From: a virus
Reading direction: 5' to 3' (one strand)
Virus record (IMG/VR): IMGVR_UViG_3300028833_000004
Length of the DNA stretch: 64,000 nucleotides
Below the pieces are notes generated by a model. It did no database searches. It saw nothing but the letters and a program-made list of their open reading frames with translations, and was not told where the DNA came from. This document shows positions 9,450-19,719 of the stretch, in pieces. The position numbers and the translations under genes are program-made. Every line of letters starts with the position of its first letter. Position 1 is the stretch's first letter.

Positions 9450-10679
9450 ATGCAAACAGTTTCAAAAACTATAAAATATTTAATGGGAATTTCTCCCTAT
9501 TATGGTATATTCTGTGTTGGATTAAATAAAAGATTTGCAGATGAATATCCAACTCTTTGGGTATCTATGGATGGGATTAATTATAGCTTAAATATAAATA
9601 GAGAATATTGGAATTCTTTAACAAATAATCAAAGGATAGGTGGTATATGGCATGAGTTACTTCATATTGTTTTATTTCATCTTCCAGATTATCAACAATA
9701 TATAGCTAAGTTTCCTGATGCTAAATTATTAAATATAGCTATGGATTTATCTGTTGAATCTTATATTCCAGAAATTTATTGGGATGAACAAGCTACTGCA
9801 GAGATATTATTTAGACAATTTAAAACACTTCCAAAATGTCAAAGTGTTGAATATTATTGGAATTTTTTAAAATCTCTACAGCAGTTTGATTCTTCTAAAG
9901 TTCCTGATCCTGATGGTGAATATTCAGGTCAATTATCAGAATTCAGTCAGAAATCTCAAGAACAACAAGATTATATTAAGAGTATTATATCTTCTAATAA
10001 TTTACATCAATCTTGGAATGATATTTTATCAAGTGAGGAATGGGATAAAATCAAGGATTTAGTTAAAAACCAAGTAGAGTTTCAAATGAAAGAAACTGCT
10101 AAATCTTGTTCTAGAGGGATCTATCCATCTGAAATTGCTGATAAAATTAGAGAATTACTTTATCCAAAACCTCCAATATTTAACTGGAAAGCTTACTTTA
10201 GAAGGGTTTTGGGAATTTCTTTTGATATTTATAATAAAAAGACTAGAAGGAAAGAGTCTAAAAGATTCTCTGACAGTCCCGGATTAAAATTAAAGAAAAA
10301 ACATAAAATTTTAGTCGGTATAGATACTTCTGGAAGTGTTAATTCTGAAGAATTTTCAGAGTTCTTTAATGAAATTAAGCACATTTATAAAGCAGGTGCT
10401 GAAGTGTATATTATAGAATGTGATACTAAAATTTCTGCACAATATGCTTATAAAGGAAAAACCCCAGAAGTTGTTCATGGGCGTGGTGGAACTAGTTTCT
10501 TGCCTGTAGTGGATTTTTACAATAAATCTGATTATACTACCTGTGTGTATTTTACAGATGGGTATGGCGATCAAGATGAATGTACACCCACTAAACCTAT
10601 GATTTGGATAATAACTTCTAATGGAGCTCAAGGAGCAAAATATCCAGGAATGAAAATTTGTATACCTCAAAAAAAATAA
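9450..10679 (+). CDS. VWA-domain protein with N-terminal HExxH metallopeptidase-like (DUF2201-type) region
   Basis: WHELLHIVLFH (HExxH) and a GIDTSGSV MIDAS motif. I prefer ATG 9450 over the track's TTG 9426. Confidence 0.7.
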   Translation: MQTVSKTIKYLMGISPYYGIFCVGLNKRFADEYPTLWVSMDGINYSLNINREYWNSLTNNQRIGGIWHELLHIVLFHLPDYQQYIAKFPDAKLLNIAMDLSVESYIPEIYWDEQATAEILFRQFKTLPKCQSVEYYWNFLKSLQQFDSSKVPDPDGEYSGQLSEFSQKSQEQQDYIKSIISSNNLHQSWNDILSSEEWDKIKDLVKNQVEFQMKETAKSCSRGIYPSEIADKIRELLYPKPPIFNWKAYFRRVLGISFDIYNKKTRRKESKRFSDSPGLKLKKKHKILVGIDTSGSVNSEEFSEFFNEIKHIYKAGAEVYIIECDTKISAQYAYKGKTPEVVHGRGGTSFLPVVDFYNKSDYTTCVYFTDGYGDQDECTPTKPMIWIITSNGAQGAKYPGMKICIPQKK

Positions 10680-10684
10680 TTAAT

Positions 10685-11890
10685 ATGAATATAGAACAAG
10701 TAGAAAAAACATTAAATTATCTCTTAGATAATAATTTGAAATTAGTAGAACAAGGACTTGATAAGATCTCTGTTAATCTTTGTGGCAATGCTGGAATTGC
10801 TAAAACTAGTATAGTTAAACAATTAGCTGAAAAACGTAATGCTAAGTATGTAAGAATTAATTTAGCTGAATTAGAAGAAATTGGTGATTTAGTAGGAATT
10901 CCTCAAAAAGAGTATTTAATGGAAAAAGATGGAGATGAGCGTTGGGTGACTGAAAAAACTGTTCAACAATACTCTAGTATGGGATATACTCTATGTCCAC
11001 ATTGTTTGCCTCGCATGTCCTATGCTATTCCAGCATGGGTTCCAGATGGAGACGATGAAGTTGTTGTTTGTTTAGATGATTTTTTGAGAGGCTCTCCATT
11101 ATTTCAACAAGCAATTATGTCATTAATTCAATTTGGTGAATATATTTCGTGGAGATTACCTAAAAAAGCACAACTTATATTAACTTCAAACCCATCTGAT
11201 AATTATAATAATATGTCTGAACTTGATTCAGCTCAACAATCTAGAATGTTAACTTTAAATGTAGAATTTGATGTAAATTGTTGGGCTAAATGGGCTGAAG
11301 ATAAGCTAAGGGGTGAATTTATAAACTTTGCTTTATATTCTCCAGAAATTTTTGAGCGTAGTCACGTAATTAATTCAAGGTCATATACTTTATTTGCCAA
11401 TGCTTTATCTAGTATATCCGATTTATCCTCTATTGATGCTATGGAACTAGCACACTTACTTGCAATGGGTTCTTTTGGCGAAAATGGTGAATATGTTTCT
11501 GGTTTATATGTTCAATTTATTAATAATAAATTAGATAAACTTCCAAGTCCAAAAGAAATTCTTGAAGGTGATTATGAGCCACTTATTAAATCTTTAAAGG
11601 GTGCTTTATATACCTCAGGTGACTATCGTGCAGATATTGGAGGTTTGATTACAATTAGATTAATAAATTATATTGCAAATCATATTCCATCAGTTGAAGA
11701 TAAGGCTAAATATAAAAAACTTTCTGAAAGACTTCTAAAATTGATTTCTTATTCGGAAGATAATTACCCATTTTTATTGGCCGATGATTTAGTTACAAAA
11801 CTCATGCAAACCATTAATTCTATATATCCTAATGTAGGTAAAGAATTAATGAGTAATTCAATAATTAGAAAAAAGATTTCAATTATATGA
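10685..11890 (+). CDS. AAA+ ATPase, MoxR-like partner of the VWA protein
   Basis: Walker A GNAGIAKTS and Walker B VVVCLDDF. ATG 10685 preferred over the track's TTG 10658. Confidence 0.7.
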   Translation: MNIEQVEKTLNYLLDNNLKLVEQGLDKISVNLCGNAGIAKTSIVKQLAEKRNAKYVRINLAELEEIGDLVGIPQKEYLMEKDGDERWVTEKTVQQYSSMGYTLCPHCLPRMSYAIPAWVPDGDDEVVVCLDDFLRGSPLFQQAIMSLIQFGEYISWRLPKKAQLILTSNPSDNYNNMSELDSAQQSRMLTLNVEFDVNCWAKWAEDKLRGEFINFALYSPEIFERSHVINSRSYTLFANALSSISDLSSIDAMELAHLLAMGSFGENGEYVSGLYVQFINNKLDKLPSPKEILEGDYEPLIKSLKGALYTSGDYRADIGGLITIRLINYIANHIPSVEDKAKYKKLSERLLKLISYSEDNYPFLLADDLVTKLMQTINSIYPNVGKELMSNSIIRKKISII

Positions 11891-12930
11891 TAGTAATACC
11901 TAATATTAATTATTTTAGTAAAATTTATAATTTATCTGATAATTTTACACATACCACTGCGGTTGATACTGATTTTGATTGGTATTCAAGAGATCTCTTA
12001 GTTCGCCCATTAATATTAATGCATAAGGATGAATCTATAAATTTTAACGATAGTCCGATAGATGTTGGGGATAAGTTATTTTTTGGAGACAAGATTCCTT
12101 TTCCAGTTAGTAAACTTCATAAATTAACTAAAAGAGTAAAAAGAACCGTTAATATTAATAATTGTGATACATTAGTTATAGAAGATTCATATCTTCAGTT
12201 TGATAATTTTTCAAACTCCTATAAATATATTATTGCCATAGATCCAGAGAATTTCGCACATATAAATTTAAGTTGTCCTTATTGGGAAATTGACGAGAAC
12301 CAATATAAACGTTATGAAGATCACTTTGGTGCAGATAATGTATATATAGTCAACTTTTTAAGAAAAGATATTGATTATAACAACTTATGTATTTTAGAAC
12401 AATGTAAAAATAAAAAAATAGCATCTTTATCCAGCTTAAGTAGATTCTTAATTCCAGATTTAGATTCCTTAGATAAAGAGAATTTTGAATATTATTCAGC
12501 TTTATTAACATCGGATTCAGAAGATTCAGTGGCATTGGCTTTAGAAGCTTTAACTTACTACAATCTAGAGCCCTGGAAATCTCATCTGATTATAACTATG
12601 TTTAAAACGCCTATATTAAATAATATAGCTTATAAATATTTAAAATTTCAACTTGGAAATAGTTTAGATTTTACTACACGATTCTATAGAGCAAATGTTG
12701 ATTATATCTTTAATGGAGGATATTATTCAAATGTAGTTTTTAATGTTATTAAAGGTTTTTATTCCGATCCAAATTCAAGTAAAGAGCTTATGGACAATAC
12801 AAAAGAATTAATTAAGCAGAGAATCCTAACTATCATTCAGAATAATTCTGATATAATGGATGATTTAAATTTAATAAATTGTACAATAAGTATAGATGAC
12901 CCGAACGGAACGTCAGATACAAGCAATTGA
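11887..12930 (+). CDS. hypothetical protein
   Basis: Track ORF with ATGA overlap upstream. Confidence 0.5.
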   Translation: MIVIPNINYFSKIYNLSDNFTHTTAVDTDFDWYSRDLLVRPLILMHKDESINFNDSPIDVGDKLFFGDKIPFPVSKLHKLTKRVKRTVNINNCDTLVIEDSYLQFDNFSNSYKYIIAIDPENFAHINLSCPYWEIDENQYKRYEDHFGADNVYIVNFLRKDIDYNNLCILEQCKNKKIASLSSLSRFLIPDLDSLDKENFEYYSALLTSDSEDSVALALEALTYYNLEPWKSHLIITMFKTPILNNIAYKYLKFQLGNSLDFTTRFYRANVDYIFNGGYYSNVVFNVIKGFYSDPNSSKELMDNTKELIKQRILTIIQNNSDIMDDLNLINCTISIDDPNGTSDTSN

Positions 12931-14116
12931 AAAATGGAAAGCATCAGGTTGTAGAGCGAGTTTTGTGATGCCCACCGGGTTTGGAAAGACTCGAACAGCA
13001 TTAACAGCTGTTTCTAGAGTTATTTCTAAAAATCCATGGATGAAAGTTGTTATAGTTGTTCCAACTAAAGTTTTAAAAGATCAATGGGAAGAAAAATTGG
13101 ATGAGAATAATATAAAAGCTGATATATTAATTATGAATACCGCAGCAAAGAAATTCTTTGATTGTGATTTTCTTATTATAGATGAATGTCAACATATTTC
13201 ATCTACTGTATTAGCTAATATATTTCAAAATTGTTTTCCAAAGTTTATTTTAGGACTTACTGCTACGTATGAACGGTTAGATGGTTTAGAGAAATTTGTG
13301 TTAGATAAATATGCTCCTGTATGTGACACTGTTACAATGATGGAGGCTGAAGAAAATGGCTGGATTAGTCCTTATTATGAATATAAAGTTCTTTTGGATG
13401 TTGATTTAACTGAATATAATGAGGCTAATAAAACATTTATGAGTAATTTTGCATTTTTTGATTTTGTATGGGATGATTTTATGAATTGTGTAACTAATGC
13501 CATATTTAGAAATAAATATGCAAAGTACAAAGGTGTTTCTGTAAAAGATGTTACAGCTTGCGCTTTTGCATGTAATAGAGCTATGCAATTTAGAAAAAAT
13601 TTTATATATAATCATCCAAAAAAGATTGAAATTGCAAAATTAATTTTAGAAAATAGAAAGGATTCAAAAGCCATCACATTTAATGGCAGTATTAAGCAAT
13701 GTCAAGAATATGGATTTGGATATATTTTACATTCTAAGAAGTCTAAAAAAGAAAATGAGCAATTATTAGAAGAATTTTCTAAACAGACTTCTGGAGTCCT
13801 TCATACATCTAAAATGGCTGATGAGGGATTAGATATATCTGGATTAAATCTTGCCATAATAACAGGATTTAATTCTTCTCAAATTTCTAAAAGACAAAGA
13901 CTTGGTAGAGTATTACGAGTTGAGCCAAATAAAAAATCTGAAGTATTTACATTAATTTTAAGAGGGACTCAAGAAGATAAGTGGTTTAAAAAATCAACTG
14001 AGGGTTTGTCTTATATTGAAATTAATGAAACTGAATTAATTAAAGTCTTAAATTATGAGCCTTTAATTAATAAACAAAAGCAAATTCAAAATGAAGAAAA
14101 AACATTCAGATTCTAA
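12896..14116 (+). CDS. superfamily 2 DEAD/DEAH-type DNA helicase
   Basis: Motif I PTGFGKT, motif II DECQH, motif III TAT and motif VI QRLGRVLR. Confidence 0.85.
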   Translation: MTRTERQIQAIEKWKASGCRASFVMPTGFGKTRTALTAVSRVISKNPWMKVVIVVPTKVLKDQWEEKLDENNIKADILIMNTAAKKFFDCDFLIIDECQHISSTVLANIFQNCFPKFILGLTATYERLDGLEKFVLDKYAPVCDTVTMMEAEENGWISPYYEYKVLLDVDLTEYNEANKTFMSNFAFFDFVWDDFMNCVTNAIFRNKYAKYKGVSVKDVTACAFACNRAMQFRKNFIYNHPKKIEIAKLILENRKDSKAITFNGSIKQCQEYGFGYILHSKKSKKENEQLLEEFSKQTSGVLHTSKMADEGLDISGLNLAIITGFNSSQISKRQRLGRVLRVEPNKKSEVFTLILRGTQEDKWFKKSTEGLSYIEINETELIKVLNYEPLINKQKQIQNEEKTFRF

Positions 14117-14423
14117 ATGTTTAACTCCAGAAATGCAAAGAAATTTTTTGGCATTTTATGCAAGATTATCTACTTTTGATGCTAAACTATTCTATCTTAT
14201 GTCTTTATGTAATACTTATTGCATAGAACCAATAACTGTAAACTTTTTTGCGCCGGTATGGTTTTACGATCGTTCTTTTGATGAAATAGTCAGGATTGCT
14301 GCACAGATATATCTAGCACAGGATCGTTTTAAATATATCACCATACCCTATAGGAAGCAACTAAAACAACTTAGACGTTATGGAACTATCTGGAAACCTG
14401 GTAAATATTTAAATAAACATTAA
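14091..14423 (+). CDS. hypothetical protein
   Basis: Track ORF that overlaps the helicase 3' end by 26 nt. Confidence 0.4.
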   Translation: MKKKHSDSKCLTPEMQRNFLAFYARLSTFDAKLFYLMSLCNTYCIEPITVNFFAPVWFYDRSFDEIVRIAAQIYLAQDRFKYITIPYRKQLKQLRRYGTIWKPGKYLNKH

Positions 14424-14437
14424 TTTTAATATTAAAA

Positions 14438-14490
14438 TGGTAAGTATTTAGTGGCGAAAGCATATAATTAAATACTGTTTGTACTTACCA
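14438..14490 (+). promoter_or_regulatory. structured leader abutting the start codon at 14491
   Basis: TGGTA(14438-42) pairs with TACCA(14486-90), and AGTATTTA(14443-50) pairs with TAAATACT(14469-76). An alternative 9-bp pairing is 14438-46 with 14482-90. Confidence 0.35.
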
Positions 14491-15093
14491 ATGAAATATT
14501 TAGAATTAAGTATTGAAAGAGAATTAGATTTCTTGATAAAATATGGATTAACTCCAAATGAACTTTTCACTATGAAGTTAATCTTTTATGCTCAAGATGA
14601 ACATCCTGAGTTTTTATCAAGATTTTTTACTGAAACAAATCTTTTACCTTTAAGAGATATATTACAATCTTTACAAGATAAAGGAATTATAAATAAAAGT
14701 TATAAAATTCAAGATTTTGGTGAGGTATTCAATCCAAGAGATGTTGATTTTAATAAAAATATTTTAAAAAGTTTTCTACAGCATAGCAGTGAACTTGGAA
14801 TGGATTTATTTATGAATTATCCAAGTAGTACTACTATTAATGGAAAAACTTTTAGTCTTAGGAATATCACTAAACTATATAAAAGTATAGATGATCTTAG
14901 TTTCAATTATGGTAAACTTATAAATTTTTCACCTGAAAAACATAAAGAAGTTTTAGAGTTATTGGAATGGGGTAAAGAAAATCATTTAATTCAGAGCGGT
15001 ATATGTGATTTCATATCCTCTATGAAATGGTTAGATCTACAAGAATTAAAAGATAATGATATGGGAATTTTTAATACAAATACCCTTGTATGA
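14491..15093 (+). CDS. hypothetical protein; position suggests a helicase-associated or loader role
   Basis: ATG 14491 preferred over the track's TTG 14479. ATGA overlap with the DnaB-like gene. No motif recognised. Confidence 0.5.
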   Translation: MKYLELSIERELDFLIKYGLTPNELFTMKLIFYAQDEHPEFLSRFFTETNLLPLRDILQSLQDKGIINKSYKIQDFGEVFNPRDVDFNKNILKSFLQHSSELGMDLFMNYPSSTTINGKTFSLRNITKLYKSIDDLSFNYGKLINFSPEKHKEVLELLEWGKENHLIQSGICDFISSMKWLDLQELKDNDMGIFNTNTLV

Positions 15094-16118
15094 TTGTAGA
15101 TAATTTATTCCATGATATAGTTCGGGGAAAGAATGGTCTTAATGCCGGATTAAGTTCGGGCATTGACAAGATAGATAAGATAACTTATGGTATTCAAAGA
15201 AAGTGGTTTACTACTATATTTGGAGATTCAGGCTCAGGTAAGAGTCAGCTCAGTTTATATACTGCTGTGTATTATCCATTTAAGCAATTAATGGAAAATC
15301 CAAGCTTAAATATAAACTGGCTAATTTTTAGTTTTGAGATGAGCTCAGAAGTACTACTAGCTAAACTATTATCTTTACATATATATGATGAATATCATCT
15401 AGTTGTACCCTATGAACATATTTTATCTTTAAGAGGCATTATTTCAGAACAAGAATATGTTTTAGTCATGAAGTCTAAACCATGGCTTGAAGAATTTGAA
15501 AAAAGATGCCAAATTATAGATAAACCAGTAACATCTAGAGCTCTTTACGGTATATGTAAGGAATGGAGTAGAAAATTTGGTAACTATAAAGAGATTGAGA
15601 GGACTGATGAATATTTAAAGGAAGACTATATTCCCAATGATCCACAACAATATTTAATTGTAATTGTGGATCATGTTAGTCTTCTTTCTTTAGATTCTGG
15701 ACATACTAAAAAACAAGAAATTGATATGGCTTGTGAATATTTAATACATTTCAGGAATAAATGTAATTTTACTGTATATGTAGTTCAACAAGCTAATAGA
15801 AATTTCAAGTCTATGGACAGGCGACAAGGCGGCTATCAACTATTACAATTAGATGATGCAGCTGATTCATCAGGTCCTTCACAAGCTAGTGAAGTAGTTA
15901 TTGGCATATTTCATCCATTCAGAGAACGTTTACCGACATGTGAAAAATATGATATAAGAAAACTGCAAGACCGATTTAGGTTATGCCAAGTCTTAAAACA
16001 AAGATTTGGTGTAGCTGATAGAAGTGTTGGTTGTGCTTTTTGGGGTGAGATTGGATATTGGAAAGATCTTCCCCTACCTAATGAAATTACAGATTATTCT
16101 CAATATTTAAATCCTTAA
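15090..16118 (+). CDS. DnaB-like replicative helicase (RecA-fold C-terminal domain)
   Basis: Walker A GDSGSGKSQ, Walker B VIVDHVSLL, and a QQANR motif resembling DnaB QLNR. Confidence 0.7.
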   Translation: MIVDNLFHDIVRGKNGLNAGLSSGIDKIDKITYGIQRKWFTTIFGDSGSGKSQLSLYTAVYYPFKQLMENPSLNINWLIFSFEMSSEVLLAKLLSLHIYDEYHLVVPYEHILSLRGIISEQEYVLVMKSKPWLEEFEKRCQIIDKPVTSRALYGICKEWSRKFGNYKEIERTDEYLKEDYIPNDPQQYLIVIVDHVSLLSLDSGHTKKQEIDMACEYLIHFRNKCNFTVYVVQQANRNFKSMDRRQGGYQLLQLDDAADSSGPSQASEVVIGIFHPFRERLPTCEKYDIRKLQDRFRLCQVLKQRFGVADRSVGCAFWGEIGYWKDLPLPNEITDYSQYLNP

Positions 16119-16154
16119 GATTATAAAACATTTTTATTTTAAAACATTACTATT

Positions 16155-16886
16155 ATGAGTATCTTACCACAAACAAAAACCGTTAAAAAGACTGATGATC
16201 CTAAAAACTTGATTATATTTGGATTGCCTAAGGTAGGCAAGACTTCAAGTTTAGCAAAACTTCCAAATAATCTTATTATTGACCTTGAAGACGGAACTGA
16301 TTATATTGAAGGTTTTGTATATAAAGCAAATAAAATCAAAGATTTATATGAAGTGTCACAAGCACTTCGTAATGAGGAACATCAGTTTAAATTTGTAACT
16401 ATTGATACAATTACAGCCCTTGAAGAATTAGCTATTAAATTAGCTTGTAAAAACGAGGGTGTAGAATCTAAAGAGCAATTATTTAATCTTCCATATGGAA
16501 GAGGATATTCAGCTCATAGAGATGCGGTTAAAGAGATATTAAGCTGGTTTTATGGAATTGGTGTCAATGTAATTCTTACAGCGCACGTAAAAGACAAATC
16601 TTTGGCAGAAGGATCAACTGAACTTAACGTGAAGACACTAGATTTGGGAGGTAAACTCTCAAACATCCTTTCTGCAGACTCAGATGCTATCTGTTATGTT
16701 TATCGTGATGTTGAGAATGGTAATCTAATGGCTAACTTCGGTGATATGAATTCAGTTTTAACTGGAGCCAGATCAGCGCACTTAGCTGGTAAAACTATTT
16801 GTCTTGCTGAACGTAAACAATTAGAAAATGGAAATTATGATTTAATCACACATTGGGACACCATTTATCCAAGCTTAAATGAATAA
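16155..16886 (+). CDS. RecA-fold ATPase of the AAA_24 / Sak4-like type
   Basis: N-terminal IIFGLPKVGKTS P-loop and a later hydrophobic-D segment (FVTIDTIT). Size is typical for phage Sak4-like proteins. Confidence 0.6.
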   Translation: MSILPQTKTVKKTDDPKNLIIFGLPKVGKTSSLAKLPNNLIIDLEDGTDYIEGFVYKANKIKDLYEVSQALRNEEHQFKFVTIDTITALEELAIKLACKNEGVESKEQLFNLPYGRGYSAHRDAVKEILSWFYGIGVNVILTAHVKDKSLAEGSTELNVKTLDLGGKLSNILSADSDAICYVYRDVENGNLMANFGDMNSVLTGARSAHLAGKTICLAERKQLENGNYDLITHWDTIYPSLNE

Positions 16887-17274
16887 TCTTGAAAATTATG
16901 ATGTTGAATTGTTGGAGAATAAATTGATTTTATCTCCAACAATTATTTCTTTATTAAATGCCCAGGTTGGAGATAGAATTGAGATAGAATATATCGAAAA
17001 AGATGGAGTAATTATTCCAATTATTATCAAATCACAAGCTGGGAATAAATTAACTAAAAGTAATACAGTATCTTTTAGGGGTAAAGCTAATGTAGATTTA
17101 GCTTCTTATGGAACTAAATTTAAGGCTGAATTAATAGATTCTATTATATGCTTATATGGAAATAATCCTGAGTATAAAATATATAATGGAGTTCAGTCTG
17201 CTTTGAAAAATATAGATAAATCAATAATAGAAAACACTAATTTTAACATTAACATTAATTCATTCACATTATGA
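16879..17274 (+). CDS. hypothetical protein
   Basis: Track ORF. Weak AbrB-like feel at the N-terminus (VGDRIEIEY), not enough for a call. Confidence 0.5.
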   Translation: MNNLENYDVELLENKLILSPTIISLLNAQVGDRIEIEYIEKDGVIIPIIIKSQAGNKLTKSNTVSFRGKANVDLASYGTKFKAELIDSIICLYGNNPEYKIYNGVQSALKNIDKSIIENTNFNININSFTL

Positions 17275-17897
17275 ACTTTAGTTTTGTAGAAAATGTAAAA
17301 GTATCTGCTCCTGTTTTGGAACCTAATAAAATTCACTCTGTAGTATTTAATGGCTGTGAAGCTCGTACAATTGAATCTGCCAAAGGTAAATATGATGTTT
17401 TGGATATTAAATTTTCCAATGCTGATGGACAATTTACCGACACAGTATTTGATCCGGGTGAAGATGTGGATACAGATGGTATGTTTGGAAAAAATCCATC
17501 TAATGTAAAAGCCTTGGCTGTAAAAGTTAAACATTTGTTGGATGCAGTGTGCCCAGAAAATTCTCCTAAAGTTTCACAACTTCAAGGTTCATGGCTGGAA
17601 ATTCGTAATCAAATTATTGAACTTACTGCTCCAGGTATTGGTAAAGAGACTAAAATTAAATTATTAGGTCGAGAGCGTGCAGATCAAATGGGAAATAAAT
17701 CTATTTATCCAGAATTTCCTGGATTCTTTGCTAAATATGATAGAAACGGAAATCTTTATTTAGCTACCAATTTTATTGGAAATTCTGTTTATTTTAAATC
17801 TTCTGAGTTAACTAAAATTAAAAATATGCAAACAGCTACACCAACTCCTATGGGTTCAGAAGAGTCTGGTAGTAAAACAGTAGATTATGATTTTTAA
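17271..17897 (+). CDS. hypothetical protein; position is compatible with a ssDNA-binding role
   Basis: Track ORF between the recombinase-like ATPase and the primase. No motif recognised. Confidence 0.5.
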   Translation: MNFSFVENVKVSAPVLEPNKIHSVVFNGCEARTIESAKGKYDVLDIKFSNADGQFTDTVFDPGEDVDTDGMFGKNPSNVKALAVKVKHLLDAVCPENSPKVSQLQGSWLEIRNQIIELTAPGIGKETKIKLLGRERADQMGNKSIYPEFPGFFAKYDRNGNLYLATNFIGNSVYFKSSELTKIKNMQTATPTPMGSEESGSKTVDYDF

Positions 17898-18901
17898 TGA
17901 AATTTCCAGATTTAGAAACTAGGATAACAAAAGATTTTTTACTTTCTAAAAATTCTGAAGAAACTTATATGCAGACCTACTTAGGAGTCCCCGTAAAAAA
18001 GGGACTCCTAATAAGTCCACTTAGAAATGATAGAAGACCTACTGCGAGTTTTTATAGAAATAAAAATAATGAATTAATTTTTCATGATTTTGGAACTGGT
18101 TTTCATAGTAATTTTATAGGTGTTGTTATGTTTAAACATAATTGCACTTATCACGAAGCTTTAAAAATAATTGCTGAAGATTTTGGATATATTGAAAAGG
18201 AATCGAATAGACCCGAAGTTAAAATCAAGCAATCTAAAATTCAGATAGAAGAAAAACAAGAAACAATTATTCAAATAGAAAAACAAAATTTTCAAGATTA
18301 TGAATTAAAGTGGTGGGAATCATTTGGAATACATAAAGAAACATTAGAAAAATTTAAAGTTTACTCTTGTAAATCTGTATTTTTAAATGGTACATATTTA
18401 GCATCATCATCTAAAAATAGTATGATTTTTGGATATTATTTTGGGAAACGTGGTGGAAATGAAATTTGGAGAATATATTTTCCACAAAGAAAACAATATA
18501 GATTCCTGAGTAATTCCGATAAATTAATTGTTCAAAATTCTTTAAATATTCCAAAGACTGGAGATCTATTAGTAATATGTAAATCTATGAAGGATTGTTT
18601 ATTATTTTATGAATTAGGAATTCCGGCAATTGCCCCATGTAGTGAAGTTCAATTTGTATCAGATCAACAATTGGCTAGATTAAAATCTAGATTTAAAGTA
18701 ATTGTTGTATGTTATGATAATGATATGACTGGAATACATTTTATGCGAAAAATAAAAAAGAAGCATCCAGAACTTCATTATTTTTTTATTCCTAGAAAAT
18801 ATGCTAAAGATCCCAGTGATTTTTGTAAAGCTTTCGGAATTGAAGAAACTAAAAAACAAGTTGAGTTATTAAAACAATATTATTTAAATGAAGAAAAATA
18901 A
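17897..18901 (+). CDS. DNA primase (Toprim domain)
   Basis: Toprim-like LLVICKSMKD...VVCYDNDMTG (acidic DxD). The N-terminal region is primase-like but I see no clear zinc finger. Confidence 0.55.
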   Translation: MKFPDLETRITKDFLLSKNSEETYMQTYLGVPVKKGLLISPLRNDRRPTASFYRNKNNELIFHDFGTGFHSNFIGVVMFKHNCTYHEALKIIAEDFGYIEKESNRPEVKIKQSKIQIEEKQETIIQIEKQNFQDYELKWWESFGIHKETLEKFKVYSCKSVFLNGTYLASSSKNSMIFGYYFGKRGGNEIWRIYFPQRKQYRFLSNSDKLIVQNSLNIPKTGDLLVICKSMKDCLLFYELGIPAIAPCSEVQFVSDQQLARLKSRFKVIVVCYDNDMTGIHFMRKIKKKHPELHYFFIPRKYAKDPSDFCKAFGIEETKKQVELLKQYYLNEEK

Positions 18902-19262
18902 AAAAGAATTAGCCCAACTTGGTAAAAGAAATAAAAGGAAAGGCAACAGATTTGAACTTGAGGTTATTAAGAAACTGAAAGAAATTGGATATGCTGATTG
19001 TGTTTCTAGTAGAAATCAAGACAAGACTGCTGATGCTAATAAAGTAGATATTATAAGTAAAAGTTTACCTGTATTAATTCAATGTAAATATACAAAGAAT
19101 ACCCCAAATTATTTTGGAATTGAAAATGATTGTTTAGACAAATCTAAACCATTTACAATAATTTGGAAAAAATCAGGTGAAAATGGACATAATAGTCCTG
19201 GTACAGTAGCAATGATTCCTTTCGATTATTTTTTGACATTGCTATCGTCTGAGGGACGTTAA
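18888..19262 (+). CDS. Hjc-like PD-(D/E)XK Holliday junction resolvase or endonuclease
   Basis: GNRFELEV...VDIIS...LIQCKYT fits the E...D...(E/Q)xK arrangement. Confidence 0.5.
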   Translation: MKKNKKELAQLGKRNKRKGNRFELEVIKKLKEIGYADCVSSRNQDKTADANKVDIISKSLPVLIQCKYTKNTPNYFGIENDCLDKSKPFTIIWKKSGENGHNSPGTVAMIPFDYFLTLLSSEGR

Positions 19263-19284
19263 ATATTACGATAAAAATAACAAA

Positions 19285-19719
19285 ATGATAAACATAGAGA
19301 ATGTAACTAGACCTAAAGGATTTGCTCCTTTTAGAAATATAAAAAGATATTATCATGAAAAATATGTGGAGCAATTTCTAATAGCCTCTTTAAAAGAAGG
19401 ATTAATTGATGATTTTGAAAGTGAATATAGACTCTATATTCAAACAGCATTTGCTAAAAAGCAGGTATTTTTAGATTTCGTTATTAAGAAGGGGAATTCC
19501 ATAGGATTCATAGAAGTCGATGGACCTCAACATTTTAAATACATAGAACAATTCCATAAAAACGGAATTTCCGATTTTATAAAGCAGCAAAACAGAGATA
19601 AAATTGTTAATAAATTCTGTTTAGAGCATGGAAAATTACTTAGATTACCTACAACCCTCGAAGATAATAAAGTTGATAAAAAATTAAAACTCTTTATTAA
19701 TACATTATGCGAGGATTAG
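19285..19719 (+). CDS. DUF559/Vsr-like endonuclease-fold protein (ends in TAG)
   Basis: FLDFVI...IGFIEVDGPQHF resembles the DUF559 core. Stop codon is TAG at 19717-19719. Confidence 0.45.
   Translation: MINIENVTRPKGFAPFRNIKRYYHEKYVEQFLIASLKEGLIDDFESEYRLYIQTAFAKKQVFLDFVIKKGNSIGFIEVDGPQHFKYIEQFHKNGISDFIKQQNRDKIVNKFCLEHGKLLRLPTTLEDNKVDKKLKLFINTLCED

Noticed and set aside
14438-14490. The intergenic hairpin could be a tRNA, possibly the missing suppressor.
   Set aside because: It is only about 53 nt, with no cloverleaf arms or T-loop consensus. The other intergenic gaps (23652-23731, 27234-27306, 30764-30837, 62472-62557) are either too short or almost pure A/T.
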